From contig NC_043017.1 of the NCBI RefSeq assembly GCF_006345805.1, forward strand, positions 22,754,001 to 22,818,000: a stretch of DNA of 64,000 bases, given 5' to 3'. This DNA comes from Octopus sinensis (lineage: Eukaryota). The notes below the pieces were generated by a model, which was given only the letters and a program-made list of their open reading frames with translations, had not been told where the DNA came from and did not search any database. Each line of letters opens with the position of its first letter. Within the stretch, counting starts at the first letter, position 1. The translations under genes were made by a program, and so were the position numbers. Of this stretch, positions 34,330 to 48,478 are shown in pieces.

Positions 34330-37300
34330 CTTCACATACAACTACACTGAACTTCACATTTCCAATCTTCCTGTGAAGATCAAAGTCATTATATCAGGTT
34401 TAGCCCCTTAAAGTTTTATTTTTTTCCTTACTTTATTTTCTTCACTTTTTTTTATTGTAATAATCAGATCTCATTTAGCACTCGTCATATCATGAACAAG
34501 TCATTATTTTAAGCTATTATGCCATTCTGGGCAATTTTACTCATAATTAATCAGCTTTATAACTTCCCATTGTGGCAAAATAACCTGATAGGTAAGATAA
34601 TGGCTAAGCAATGTACTACTTCAGTCCATTTATCTGTTACTAATAGCTACTAAATTTTCAGGAAACATTTTTAGGAATTAAGCCTATCTATGGAAAGCAA
34701 CAAAGCTCATTCATTGTTTTATCTCTAAGAAAATCCCATACACATTTTATCTATAGGATAAACAGTTGATTTGGATTGACCTTCATACTGCATTTACTTG
34801 TCTTTTTAATACTGAAGTCTTTTTAGACCCTCACAGTCATTTCAGCTCAATTGAAGATTTGTTAATGAAATAAATCTGTTTTATTCTCTGTTAGAAAACT
34901 GTGAAAACCCACAATTTATATCAATCAACATGACTGAGAAGTTAATCAAATAAAGCTTAATTCTGCTTAACATATGTTGAATTTAAAGGCATAGCTATAT
35001 TGTGGAGAACTGACTGATATTTTACTGTACTTCAGTATATCTACTCGAAAATGGTTTATTATTTTCATGTTCCCTATTTAAAGTATTACCCATATATTTC
35101 ACACATCTATAGTGTTGGCATAGTCTAGAAGAATTTCTGTCATCTAGTGAAACTAGTGCAAAAAGGTAATTTTATAATAAATTTCATCAGATTGTTATGT
35201 GGTAAAACCACTAAACCCTTGTGATACAAACCCACTCAAGAATCCCCTTGGTTCTATGGTACAAACTTCCTGATTTAAAGTGATCCAAATTAAAATAATA
35301 ATAAATAATGAAATTATTGTATACAGTGCTCAGGTGCACCACAACTTGTCAGAAAGTGCGTATAAAGTATATGCAGTAATGTACAAATGTCTGGAAAGCG
35401 AACAATGTATGAGTCAGATACATGCTTGTGTGTGTATGGAGGAGAGAAAATCAGGTGTAGTGTTGGCGAATCTGAGAAAGCATGGAAGTTTTGAAGGATG
35501 CAGTGCTCCGACAAATAACAACTGATGCCGGCAGTTTGTTCCATGCTTCAGCAACTCTCAGCATGAAAATTATAACTGTCCATCAATATTTCATGTTAAA
35601 TTGTTTCAAACATCAGCTTAAAAATCCATTCTACTATAGGCACAAGGCCTGAAATTTGAAAGTGGTGGGACTAGTTGATTACATTGACCCCAGTGCTCAA
35701 TTGATACTTATTTTATTGACCCTCTTGCAAAAAATGCAATGAATGATGTGCTATGTCCCATGTGCTAACAATTCTGCCAGCTGCCACCTTATATCAGGTG
35801 AATAATGTCCAATTTATTTTATCATATTCTTCATTATTTTCAAAATAATGAAAAACTGAAAGAAAATAATGTATTTCAAGAGAGATATGGTAACAAATTC
35901 GTGTTTAATACTAGCAGTAAATATGTTCTGTTAACATAAGCAGAAAATCAAACTCAATAATGTGAGAAATCTGAGATATAGCACCAAATGCCATTAAGTA
36001 TTTAGATAGTGATTTGATTTCCATATATATTTCCTTATCTATATATTATTTCTCATATTTTATCAATAACTGATTGCTTTCATATCTCTATATATCTCTT
36101 CACATACAACTACACTGAACTTCACATTTCCAATCTTCCTGTGAAGATCAAAGTCATTATATCAGGTTTAGCCCCTTAAAGTTTTATTTTTTTCCTTACT
36201 TTATTTTCTTCACTTTTTTTTATTGTAATAATCAGATCTCATTTAGCACTCGTCATATCATGAACAAGTCATTATTTTAAGCTATTATGCCATTCTGGGC
36301 AATTTTACTCATAATTAATCAGCTTTATAACTTCCCATTGTGGCAAAATAACCTGATAGGTAAGATAATGGCTAAGCAATGTACTACTTCAGTCCATTTA
36401 TCTGTTACTAATAGCTACTAAATTTTCAGGAAACATTTTTAGGAATTAAGCCTATCTATGGAAGCAACAAAGCTCATTCATTGTTTTATCTCTAAGAAAA
36501 TCCCATACACATTTTATCTATAGGATAAACAGTTGATTTGGATTGACCTTCATACTGCATTTACTTGTCTTTTTAATACTGAAGTCTTTTAGACCCTCAC
36601 AGTCATTTCAGCTCAATTGAAGATTTGTTAATGAAATAAATCTGTTTTATTCTCTGTTAGAAAACTGTGAAAACCCACAATTTATATCAATCAACATGAC
36701 TGAGAAGTTAATCAAATAAAGCTTAATTCTGCTTAACATATGTTGAATTTAAAGGCATAGCTATATTGTGGAGAACTGACTGATATTTTACTGTACTTCA
36801 GTATATCTACTCGAAAATGGTTTATTATTTTCATGTTCCCTATTTAAAGTATTACCCATATATTTCACACATCTATAGTGTTGGCATAGTCTAGAAGAAT
36901 TTCTGTCATCTAGTGAAACTAGTGCAAAAAGGTAATTTTATAATAAATTTCATCAGATTGTTATGTGGTAAAACCACTAAACCCTTGTGATACAAACCCA
37001 CTCAAGAATCCCCTTGGTTCTATGGTACAAACTTCCTGATTTAAAGATATCCAAATTAAAATAATAATAAATAATGAAATCATTGTATACAGCGCTCAGG
37101 TGCACCACAACTTGTCAGAAAGTGTATATAAAGTGTATGCAGTAATGTACAAATGTCTGGAAAGCGAACAATGTATGAGTCAGATACATGCTTGTGTGTG
37201 TATGGAGGGGAGAAAATCAGGTGTAGTGTTGGCGAATCTGAGAAAGCATGGAAGTTTTGAAGGATGCAGTGCTTCAACAACTAACAACTGATGCCAGCAG

Positions 37301-37856
37301 TTTGTTCCATGCTTCAGCAACTCTCAGTGTGAAAATTATAACCGTCCATCAAAATTTCATGTTAAATTGTTTCAAATATCAGCTTAAAAACCCATTCTAC
37401 TATAGGCACAAGGCCTGAAATTTGAAGGTGGGGGGACTAGTTGATTACATTGGCCCCAGTGCTCAATTGATACTTATTTTATTGACCCCCTTCAAAAAAT
37501 GCAGTGAATGATACTGTCCCATGTGCTAACAATTCTGCCAGCTGCCACCTTATATCAGGTGAATAATGTCCAATTTATTTTATCATATTCTTCATTATTT
37601 TCAAAATAATGAAAAACTGAAAGAAAATAATGTATTTCAAGAGAGATATGGTAACAAATTCGTGTTTAATACTAGCAGTAAATATGTTCTGTTAACATAA
37701 GCAGAAAATCAAACTCAATAATGTGAGAAATCTGAGATATAGCACCAAATGCCATTAAGTATTTAGATAGTGATTTGATTTCCATATATATTTCCTTATC
37801 TATATATTATTTCTCATATTTTATCAATAACTGATTGCTTTCATATCTCTATATAT
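34330..37856. repeat. Tandem duplication, period 1768 bp (34330-36095 and 36098-37856)
   Basis: Both units start CTTCACATACAACTACACTG and end CATATCTCTATATAT; each contains a CR1 3' end and an old B-like SINE. Confidence 0.95.
35295..35568 (-). mobile_element. CR1 LINE 3' end (second copy at 37063-37337)
   Basis: Matches 11280-11460, with an extra internal segment. Confidence 0.85.
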
Positions 37857-38529
37857 TATAGCTCACTACCCTCTCCAAACTCCTAAATTAACATTAAAAA
37901 AAAATAATGTTTTCCAAGAGATGCTGCCGTTGTTTGAGAAACTATTTGGTACATTCAAAGATAAGCTAGGATACAATTTTAAAGGGTAAGGTAAAGCAAT
38001 TTACTTAGCAATGATATGCAGACCATTAAAAGGAAAGTATATTTTAACTGTTCCTTCTTTCAAAAGAGGTTTGCTGCAATAACATTAAAAATCTCATGAC
38101 CAAACACTGTTGAGGAACTGAACAAATACCACTGGAAACTGTGATATTCTTCAAAGATCTTCAGCAGATCTAAATATGTAACGAGAACATTACACTAATA
38201 TTCTGTCTAGTATGGACAGTCTTTCATTTCTTTAAAAGGAAAGAAAACAGCAAAATTAAGGAAATGGATGAGAATCAAAGTAAATATAAAATATTAAATT
38301 GAATTATGATTTCAACATCGAGTGGTTTGATTCAGATGGAATGATCAATTTGTTACACGAGTGGTGTTAGCATTGCAACTTCAGATGTGAAACTGCCTAT
38401 TATGCGGATTCAACATCTTGTGCAGTGAGAAAATTGTGTGCAATGATTAATGAATGTACAAGAAAGGAAGAAATTTCTCAACAGATAATGCGAAAGATTG
38501 TAACTCAACAGCACCATGCACAGTTCTAT

Positions 38530-38535
38530 CTATAT

Positions 38536-38567
<32 letters not shown>

Positions 38568-38592
38568 CATATATACATATATATATATATAC

Positions 38593-38645
<53 letters not shown>

Positions 38646-38892
38646 CATACATATATATATATATACATACATATACATACATACATATATATACATACAT
38701 ATACATACATACATATACATACATACATACATATATATATATAAACATACATATACATACATATATATATATATAAACATACATATACATACATATATAT
38801 ATATAAACATACATACATACATATATATATATAAACATACATATACATATATATATATAAACATACATATACATATATATATATAAACATAC

Positions 38893-38930
<38 letters not shown>
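38530..38930. repeat. TA/TACA microsatellite
   Basis: Low-complexity tract. Confidence 0.95.
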
Positions 38931-38931
<1 letters not shown>

Positions 38932-39721
38932 TGAGCAATGCAATGACTTGTATGGTAGTAATTTCAAATCTTGACAAGATTGATTCACATTTTCAGTTGC
39001 GAAAGAGTAATGGGAAAGTTAAAGTAATTCATGAAATAAAAAGGGATATTTATATTCCTTTCAAAAGGAAACACAAAGCATGAAGAAAGCAATTTTGGAT
39101 ACACAAAACCATAGTTATTTGGGTCATTGACAATCACAATGCATGAAACTAGTTTTATAATAGGGTCCATAATATTTATACCTAATACAGGTACAAGGTC
39201 ACATATTTGAAGGGAGAATTCAGTTGATCAACCCTAATCTTTTATCTTTTTCTTCTTTCAATCATTAGACTATGGCTGTGCTGGGGTACCACTTTGAAGA
39301 CATTTTTTGGTTGAATGAATCAACCTTAATACTTATTTTTTATTTTTCTCCTAAGTCTTGTACTTATTCTGTTACTCTCTTTTGCCAAACCACTGTAGTC
39401 AGAGGATCTTACTTTGAAGGAGATTACACTGTTGCACTTCTTTGAAGTAAATGAATGTCTATCCTGCAAAAGTCCCAAAACTTCTGGAACGCACTTTGTA
39501 TGTAAGGAAGCATAGGCTCGGGAACAGGGGGTGGAAGCGGGTACAAGCACACTCACTAAAATTTTGAGGGGGCAATGAAAATGTTTTGAGCATCCTCCAG
39601 AAAATCTTCATTGCCAAAACGAAGGAACATAGAAACATTTTTGGACTGATTTGACACATTACTTTTACATTATTGTAATTATCTGAATTGACTGATGTAC
39701 AAATATAAAAATAATAATTAC

Positions 39722-40125
39722 TCCTCTTTACTCTTTTACTTGTTTCAGTCATTTGACTGCGGCCATGCTGGAGCACCGCCTTTAATCGAGCAACTCGACC
39801 CCGGGACTTATTCTTTTGTAAGCCCAGTACTTATTCTATTGGTCTCTTTTGCCAAACCGCTAAGTAACGGGGACATAAACACACCAGCATCGGTTGTCAA
39901 GCAATGCTAAGGGGACAAACACAGACACACAAACACACATCGCATATATATATATACATATATACGACAGGCTTCTTTCAGTTTCCGTCTACCAAATCCA
40001 CTCACAAGGCTTTGGTCGGCCCGAGGCTATAGTAGAAGACACTCGCCCAAGGTGCCACGCAGTGGGACTGAACCCGAAACCATGTGGTTGGTAAACAAGC
40101 TACTTACCACACAGCCACTCCTGCG
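39722..40125 (-). mobile_element. SINE family A, full length
   Basis: Matches the other A copies end to end. Confidence 0.9.
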
Positions 40126-40489
40126 TTTTGACATTAAGATAGAAAAAAATCGACCTCCTTGTTTGTAAGTTTTGGATCTGCATCTGTACCCCCTAAGCAA
40201 GTTTCATTCCCACATCTAAGGCAAAAAAGTAATCATTATAAATGAAATTATTTTATTTTATTCTTTTATTTCAAATGGAACCTTTTCCTACCATTTTTTC
40301 CTATGAAAAAGCCATGAGCATCACAACTTTTTGTTTCTACTCTCAATGATTTCATGCTTCATGTCAATATATAATGGAAAACTATAATATGAATTATGTA
40401 TGCTGGATGAGAAAAGGTATAGAGTTGGTGTTAGATACCAGTCAAAGCAGAACAACAAAGGTCCTAAGTAGGTTGGTATTGTTAGAACT

Positions 40490-40900
40490 GGGCCACAGAA
40501 ATGATGTGTTACAGGCCTATACAACTCGTGCCAGAATAAATGGATGGAAAATGTATAGAGATATTTTGCCTGCAATGAGTTAGTTCTCTTCTTCCAAAAA
40601 TTTGACCCTGTAAAGCCTGTGTAGAAGTTGTGACGATACATGGATGATACATGATAATGAAACATGGGTAATGTGCATCAATGATCAACAAAAGATGGAG
40701 AATGAAGTGTGATCTTTAGATACGTCACATGAATATAGATGAAATGTAGAGTACTTATGAGCCAAAAGTGTTATTAGGCCATAATAAACAACTGCACTGG
40801 TATGGATATGTCATGTGAACAGATAAGAATTGCTGGTTGAAATAAAGATGTTTATCTACAGGTAAAAAATCTCCATGAAAGAAAAGAGAGAATTAACAGG
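40490..40900 (+). mobile_element. Highly decayed RTE LINE ORF2 fragment
   Basis: RARINGWKMYRDILP and QLHWYGYVM motifs resemble the RTE post-RT region. Confidence 0.6.
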
Positions 40901-41253
40901 ATCAGTTCAAGATATTGAGACACAACATTGAGAGTAATGTTGCTAGGGCCATATTGCACACCTGGCCAATTCATACTGAATTTGAAGTACCAGCACTAAA
41001 AGAGCAATGATTATCTTTTACCTTTAATTTGTTTCAGTCATAAACTGTGGCTATGCTGGGGCACTTCCCTGAAGGGTTTAATCGAACAAATCAAACCCAG
41101 TGCTTTTTTTATTTTTTAAAGCCTGTTCTATTGGTCTCTTTTTGCTTAACCACTAAGATGCAGGATTGTAAACAAACCAACACCAGTTGTCAAGCTGTAG
41201 TGAAGGACAAACACAGACACAAATATATACATATATACAATAGACTTCTTTAA

Positions 41254-41474
41254 CCCTTTAGCATTTAAACCGGCAATATCCGGCCAAAAGTATTCTGCCT
41301 GTTTTATGTTCAAACTGGCCAGACCTGGTCTCTCACACCAACCCTACAATATCATTTTAAAAATTAACAGCTACCTCATCAAAATCTCATAGCTACAAGA
41401 TAATGTATAATTAGTTCAAGGCAATGTGAATAAAAAAGGATTAATTTGGGCAGAATAATGCAAACACTAAAGTG
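41254..41474 (+). mobile_element. piggyBac-type MITE family E inside an old SINE A
   Basis: TTAA on both sides; CCCTTTAG start; colinear with 3211-3431. Confidence 0.85.
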
Positions 41475-41793
41475 TTAAGTTTCTGTCAACTCAATCCATT
41501 CTCAAGACTTTGGCCAACTGTGGGCTATATCAGAAGACACATGCTCAAAATACTATGCAGTGGAACTGAACCCAGTACCATGTGGTTGAAAAGCAAACAT
41601 CTTACCACACAACCACACCCATACGATTTGTTTGCATAATTCAATAAACTTGTATTTTTGAAATCCATACAAAAACTTGATTCAATCTAATTTCAAAGAT
41701 AAACATTAAACCAGGAAAATTTCAATATTATTGATACCAACTGATAAGAATAAAATATTGAAATTGTACAGACATTTTCAAATAGAACATTAC

Positions 41794-41862
41794 CAAAACA
41801 CTTAAAGTTTGTTCCTCAGCTTCATTCTGTTGGCAGTATCCCCGCACAACCATAGCCCAGAG
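41794..41862 (-). CDS. Candidate 69 nt exon (LWAMVVRGYCQQNEAEEQTLSVL)
   Basis: Pyrimidine tract then CCAAG acceptor, GTAATG donor, open phase 0-0; no homology recognised. Confidence 0.22.
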
Positions 41863-42419
41863 CTTGGGACCAGTAAAAGCATAAAAAAAATATTCTTTGA
41901 TTTTTGACAGACAAACAAACAACAAATTGATTAAGTAACACATTAAACAAATGATTAATTAGTTAGTTGGTAAGATATTTAACCAATTGACTAACAATAA
42001 AGAAGTGGAATTGAACCTGTGTGTGTGTTATTATTAGCATAATGACTCACCCAAGATGCAACAATATTCTTCAACTAAGGAATGGTTAAAAAAAATAAGA
42101 CAAAAATAACAAAAAATATTTTAAAAACTATAAGAATTCTGTCTGAATCATCTAAAACAGTTTACAAATTGGCTATCAAGTTGTTTATAATAATTATAAT
42201 TAATTACATTTAAAAAAAACAGTAGACAGATAAGACTTGCAGTATTTTACACAAACACAACTCAAAGAGATGATAAAATTAAGAAGCATTTCAAATTTAG
42301 GGAAACGACAATGAGTATAAATTAAGAGAAGAAAATCATTAATAATTCGCAATATTTATTAGAAGAACACAGCAGCCGCAATAGAATATAAGCATGACAT
42401 TACTGATAAATAGTGGAAG

Positions 42420-42435
42420 ATGGCGGTAGAGTTTA
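42420..42435 (+). CDS. Candidate first coding exon end (ATG GCG GTA GAG TTT A)
   Basis: AAGATGGCGG (YY1-type / start context) at 42417 followed by a consensus GTAAGT donor at 42436; no downstream exon linked. Confidence 0.25.
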
Positions 42436-43159
42436 GTAAGTTCAAAAGTAATTTGTAGTAATTAACATTACTTCCACCTTCTTGTAGTGTTAACTTCCAA
42501 AGTAGAGATCAAATGAAATATTCTGCATATTTATCGGTCTGCTGACAATATTCTGAGACTAAGTAGAACGTCATCAGGCTCTGTGTCATAGTAAAAAAGA
42601 TTTATTAATTGGAATATATTGAAAATTAAATTGTTGGAAACTGGTTTTTGATATTTTTTAATAGGATACTATTTTCATAGAAGTAATTTAGATTTTTTCT
42701 TAAATACTTCATTTTTAGATTCTTTTCTATTAGTGGCTGTGATCTCCATAATTGATTTTATTTTCTTTAAGAATATGCTAAGAAAGGTTTTTCACAATCT
42801 TTTTGTAAGTTTCTGGGGTTTTTTTTCTTTTTTTTTTAACACCAGTATTTCTATAGTCTTTATTTTTTTTTCATTTGTAGATCATTGACAGTAAACATAT
42901 TTATTATCTAAAAATTTCTAATCAAAATAAGATGTCCTAAATAATTATTAACATAGGTGCGGACATGGCTATCATCATCATCCTCATTATGAACTTCACA
43001 ACTTAGGAACTTCCCAATACACACTTCTCTGTTTAACAACATTATAGTTTATAAAATTATTTTATAACATTTTGTAACGATTTTGAGATATTTCATTTAG
43101 TATATTCCACTTGTTTCCTTCCTTCAGCAGACATAAAATTTTTAATTAATATAGTTTAA

Positions 43160-43726
43160 ACCTTTTAACAGGAGTGGCTGTGTGGTAAGTAGCTTGCTTA
43201 CCAACCACACGGTTCCAGGTTCAGTCCCTCGGGCTGACCAAAGCCTTGTGAGTGGATTTGGTAGACAGACACTGAAAGAAGCCCGTCGTATATATGTATA
43301 TATATATATGTATGTGTGTTTGTGTGTCTGTGTTTGTCCCCCCAACATCGCTTGACAACCAATGCTGATTTGTTTATGTCCCCGTAACTTAGCAGTTCAG
43401 CAAAAGAGACCGATAGAATAAGTTCTAGGCTTACAAAGAATAAGTCCTGGGGTTGATTTACTCGACTAAAGGTCGTGCTCCAGCATGGCCGCAGTCAAAT
43501 GACTGAAACAAGTAAAAGAGTATTTAAACTGTCCATATCTGGCCAAAATATTCTACCGGTTTTATCCTGATACTAGCCAGATCTGCCCTTTCACACATAC
43601 CCTACAGTGTTATTCTAAAAATAAACACTCACATCACTGGAATTTCAAAGCTACAAAGTAATGCATGAACTAACTCATATCAATGTGAATAAATAAGTGG
43701 GATATTTGACAGGGAAATCTGAAGTG
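43160..43726 (+). mobile_element. Old family E MITE interrupted by SINE A (43169-43520)
   Basis: MITE start CCTTTTAACA, SINE A, then the MITE continues TTTAAACTG..GTG|TTAA. Confidence 0.7.
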
Positions 43727-43891
43727 TTAAGTGTTCAAGGAGATGGCCAATAAATCCCCAGTTTGCTGGTTCAGAATACTAAATATGATTGAGCCTGCTC
43801 AAACTGCTACAAATAATACCAAAATCTCTCAAATCACACACTACAGTCTTCAAAAAGCAAAGTCACTACAGACAATGTCTGTCTGTCTGTC

Positions 43892-43929
<38 letters not shown>

Positions 43930-44012
43930 GTCATGCCTATAGGCATGTGATTGTGAACCTCTATGCCAAGGTGATAAGATTTGTAATTTTTCTTTCTGAA
44001 AAATACAGCATA

Positions 44013-44425
44013 GGCGCAGGAGTGGCTGTGTGGTAAGTAGCTTGTTTACCAACCACATGGTTCCAGGTTCAGTCCCACTGCATGGCACCTTGGGCAAGTG
44101 TCTTCTACTATAGCCTCAGGCCGACCAAAGCCTTGTGAGTGGATTTGGTAGACAGAAACTGAAAGAATCCCGTCATATATATGTATATATATATATGCGT
44201 GTGTGTGTTTGTGTGTCTGTGTTTGACCCCTAGCATTGCTTGACAATCAATGCTGGTGTGTTTATGACCCTGTTACTTAGTGGTTTGGCAAAAGAGACCA
44301 ATAGAATAAGTACTGGGCTTACAAAAGAATACGTCCCGGGGTCGAGTTGCTCATTTAAAAGTGGTGCTCCAGCATGGCCGCAGTCAAATGACTGAAACAA
44401 ATAAAAAGAGTAAAAAGATAAAGAG
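44013..44425 (+). mobile_element. SINE family A, full length
   Basis: GGCGCAGGAGTGGCTGTGTGG head to AAAAGAG tail repeats. Confidence 0.9.
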
Positions 44426-44791
44426 TCATAACTTAGAACTAAACAGCAACTAGAAATAATTATCTGATATCTTTGAACACGACACTAAATGCAGTAGACG
44501 GTATTTGTCCACTGGTTCACTGCTGTCTACCTTTGTTTAGTGTCCACCAGCTATCTACCTTTTATATACTTATTGACTATTACCCTACTTGATGATCACT
44601 AGCTCTCTTGTTTGTTGTCCACTGCTGTCTACCTGTGCTTGGTGTCTACTGATTATCTACTGTTTTAGTGTCACTGCTCTATAGCTATGTTTGGTATCCA
44701 CTGACCCCATAAGCTCTGTTTCCGTATGGTGCCTCCTTTTTCTCTAATCTGCCTGCTATTCCAATATTTCTTTCCTGCAAGTGTTGATCTG

Positions 44792-45377
44792 CATCATCAT
44801 CATCATCATCATCATTTAGCGTCCGCTTTCCGTGCTAGCATGGGTTGGACGGTTCAACTGGGGTCTGTGAAGCCAGAATGCTGCATCAGGACCAGTCTGA
44901 TCTGGCAGTGTTTCTACGGATGGATGCCCTTCCTAACACCAACCACTCCGTGAGTGTAGTGAGTGCTTTTTACGTGCCACCCGCACAGGTGCAAGACGGA
45001 TCTGGCAAACGGCCACAGACGGATGGTGCTTTTCACATGCCACCGGCACGGGGGCCAGGCGAGGCTGGCAACGGCTACGAACGGATGGTGCTTTTATGTG
45101 CCACCGGCAGGGGGGCCAGGCGAGGCTGGCAATGGCCATGAACGGATGGTGCTTTTACGTGCCACCGGCACGGGGGCCAGGCGAGGCTGGCAACAGCCAC
45201 GAACGGATGGTGCTTTTTACGTGCCACCGGCACGGAGGCCAGTCGGGGCGGCGCTGGCAACGGCCACGATCGGATGGTTCGCTTACTTGTCACTGGCACT
45301 GGTATCACAGCTGCAATTTCCATTGATGTTGATCGACTTCGATTTTGGTTCTGCTTTCTGATATCTGATTTGATTTG
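44792..45377 (-). mobile_element. Longest family C copy, with about 5 internal ~61 bp repeats
   Basis: (CAT)n tail, core motif, GGTGCTTTT anchors every ~61 bp over 44963-45280; 5' end reads CAAATCAAATCAG. Confidence 0.85.
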
Positions 45378-45799
45378 GTTTGATCATATTAAACAAAATA
45401 TCAATATCAAGCTCAATGGTCTCAGAGGGCCTGCAAAAGTCATGAGAACTGCTCCTCTAAATTCTTCAAGCTATACTAAAGAAAAAAAAAAAAAAAGACA
45501 ACAAGAGAACACCAAATAGGGGCAGACAACCAGTAATCCATCAGTGGAAACTTTACACTAATAGACAATTAACAAACAGCTAATAGAAGTTGACAAGCAA
45601 AAGACAATCAATAGGATTAGATAATGGGGCAAACAATACACAACCAGTTTTGAATGTGAGAAACCAGTATAAGATGTAACAATGAAAGGCCAGCTGACAG
45701 GCCAGGTGAATTACATGTGAAAGATATTTCAGGTAAGTTTTTCATTCACTAACTCCTAATAAATTCATATCACAGATTTTTTTTTTTTTTGTATTTTAT

Positions 45800-46025
45800 T
45801 CTTTACTCTCTCTTTTACTCTTTTATTTGTTTCAGTCATTTGACTGTAGCCATGCTGGAGCACCGCCTTTAATCGAGCAACTCGACCCCGGGACTTATTC
45901 TTTGTAAGTCCAGTACTTATTCTATCGGTCTCTTTTGCCGAACCGCTAAGTGAATCGTAATGGGGACATAAACATACCAGCATCGGTTGTCAAGCGATTT
46001 GGGGGGACAAACACAGACATACACG

Positions 46026-46076
<51 letters not shown>

Positions 46077-46238
46077 GATGGGCTTCTTTCAGTTTCCATC
46101 CACCAAATCCACTCACAAGACGTCGGTCAGCCCGAGGCTATAGTAGAAGACACTTGCCCAAGGTGCCACACAGTGGGACTGAACCCGGAACCATGTGGTT
46201 GGTAAACAAGCTACTTACCACACAGCCACTCCTGCGCC
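45800..46238 (-). mobile_element. SINE family A, full length
   Basis: Matches the other A copies; long central (TA)n. Confidence 0.9.
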
Positions 46239-47196
46239 TATATTTTATTTATTTATTTCTATATTTATTCATTCATTTATTTTATTCATTATTTATTTGT
46301 TTGTAACCTGATAGTCATATTTCAGCCTGTGTCACAATGCCTGCCTGACTCCCTCACTTGACCTTAAGAAGCTGATAGCACACTTGACATTTTCTTCCTT
46401 TCTTACCTGAATCGTAACACCTTACATCCCCATTAACAATTCATCTCACCTCATCTAATATCATTTCATGTTCCTCTACTACTCCCCACCTCCAGTCATC
46501 CTCCTTGTAACTATTAGAGTGTATATGATTATTTTATAAAATCATTTAAAATCTACTAAAAATTGATGTTCAGTCTGTGATAGACGAATGGGAAGGCTAT
46601 CAGCTCAATGGGAAGGCTATCAACTCAATGAGAAGGCTATCAACTCAATGGGAAGGCTATCTACTCAATGGGAAGGCTATCTACTCAATGGGAAGGCTAT
46701 CTACTCAAACGGTGGAAAATATAGACATGACTTCTATTTCAATGAAACTACATTTTCTTTTAAATGTTAATGAACTGACCAAAAATATCAAGTAAATTTT
46801 TTTTTTCTAAAATAGTTCCCTTCCAGCTTTTATTTTTCTCCATTCAGTATTAATTATTTCCAAGTAAATGGACATCTCTAATCTCATTCTTAATCTTTTA
46901 ATGCTGCATAGGAACTTGCTTTAGGTGATTGTTTTCACATAAAAAATATAATAAAAGTAGTTTAATTGTAGGTGCTGGCATAGCTGTGTGCTAAAAAGCC
47001 TGTTTTCCAACCACATGGTTCTGGGTTCAGTCCCACTGCATTGCACTGTGGGCAAGTGTTTTCTACTATTGCCTCGGACTGACCATAACCCTTGTGAGTG
47101 GATTTGGTAGATGGAAACTGAAAGAAGCTCGTCATATATTACATTCTGATATTTAGCAGGAGCAACAGAGTAACTCAAGGTCTGAGAGTTTCGTGC

Positions 47197-47227
<31 letters not shown>

Positions 47228-47263
47228 TACATTTGTGCATTTATCTTTGTGTGTGTATATATA

Positions 47264-47303
<40 letters not shown>

Positions 47304-48427
47304 TATACGATGGGCTTCTTTCAGTTTCCATCCACCAAATCCACTCACAAGACGTCGGTCAGCCCGAGGCTATAGTAGAAGACACTTGCCCAAGGTGCCA
47401 CACAGTGGGACTGAACCGGAACCATGTGGTTGGTAAACAAGCTACTTACCACACAGCCACTCCTGCGCCTATATTTTATTTATTTATTTCTATATTTATT
47501 CATTCATTTATTTTATTCATTATTTATTTGTTTGTAACCTGATAGTCATATTTCAGCCTGTGTCACAATGCCTGCCTGACTCCCTCACTTGACCTTAAGA
47601 AGCTGATAGCACACTTGACATTTTCTTCCTTTCTTACCTGAATCGTAACACCTTACATCCCCATTAACAATTCATCTCACCTCATCTAATATCATTTCAT
47701 GTTCCTCTACTACTCCCCACCTCCAGTCATCCTCCTTGTAACTATTAGAGTGTATATGATTATTTTATAAAATCATTTAAAATCTACTAAAAATTGATGT
47801 TCAGTCTGTGATAGACGAATGGGAAGGCTATCAGCTCAATGGGAAGGCTATCAACTCAATGAGAAGGCTATCAACTCAATGGGAAGGCTATCTACTCAAT
47901 GGGAAGGCTATCTACTCAATGGGAAGGCTATCTACTCAAACGGTGGAAAATATAGACATGACTTCTATTTCAATGAAACTACATTTTCTTTTAAATGTTA
48001 ATGAACTGACCAAAAATATCAAGTAAATTTTTTTTTTCTAAAATAGTTCCCTTCCAGCTTTTATTTTTCTCCATTCAGTATTAATTATTTCCAAGTAAAT
48101 GGACATCTCTAATCTCATTCTTAATCTTTTAATGCTGCATAGGAACTTGCTTTAGGTGATTGTTTTCACATAAAAAATATAATAAAAGTAGTTTAATTGT
48201 AGGTGCTGGCATAGCTGTGTGCTAAAAAGCCTGTTTTCCAACCACATGGTTCTGGGTTCAGTCCCACTGCATTGCACTGTGGGCAAGTGTTTTCTACTAT
48301 TGCCTCGGACTGACCATAACCCTTGTGAGTGGATTTGGTAGATGGAAACTGAAAGAAGCTCGTCATATATTACATTCTGATATTTAGCAGGAGCAACAGA
48401 GTAACTCAAGGTCTGAGAGTTTCGTGC

Positions 48428-48458
<31 letters not shown>

Positions 48459-48478
48459 TACATTTGTGCATTTATCTT

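Noticed and set aside
44963-45361. GC-rich ORFs of 68-132 aa
   Set aside because: Translations of the family C internal tandem repeat.
46586-46705. CRISPR-like regular repeats, also considered for the 156 bp and 61 bp arrays
   Set aside because: No unique spacers, eukaryotic context, no cas genes.
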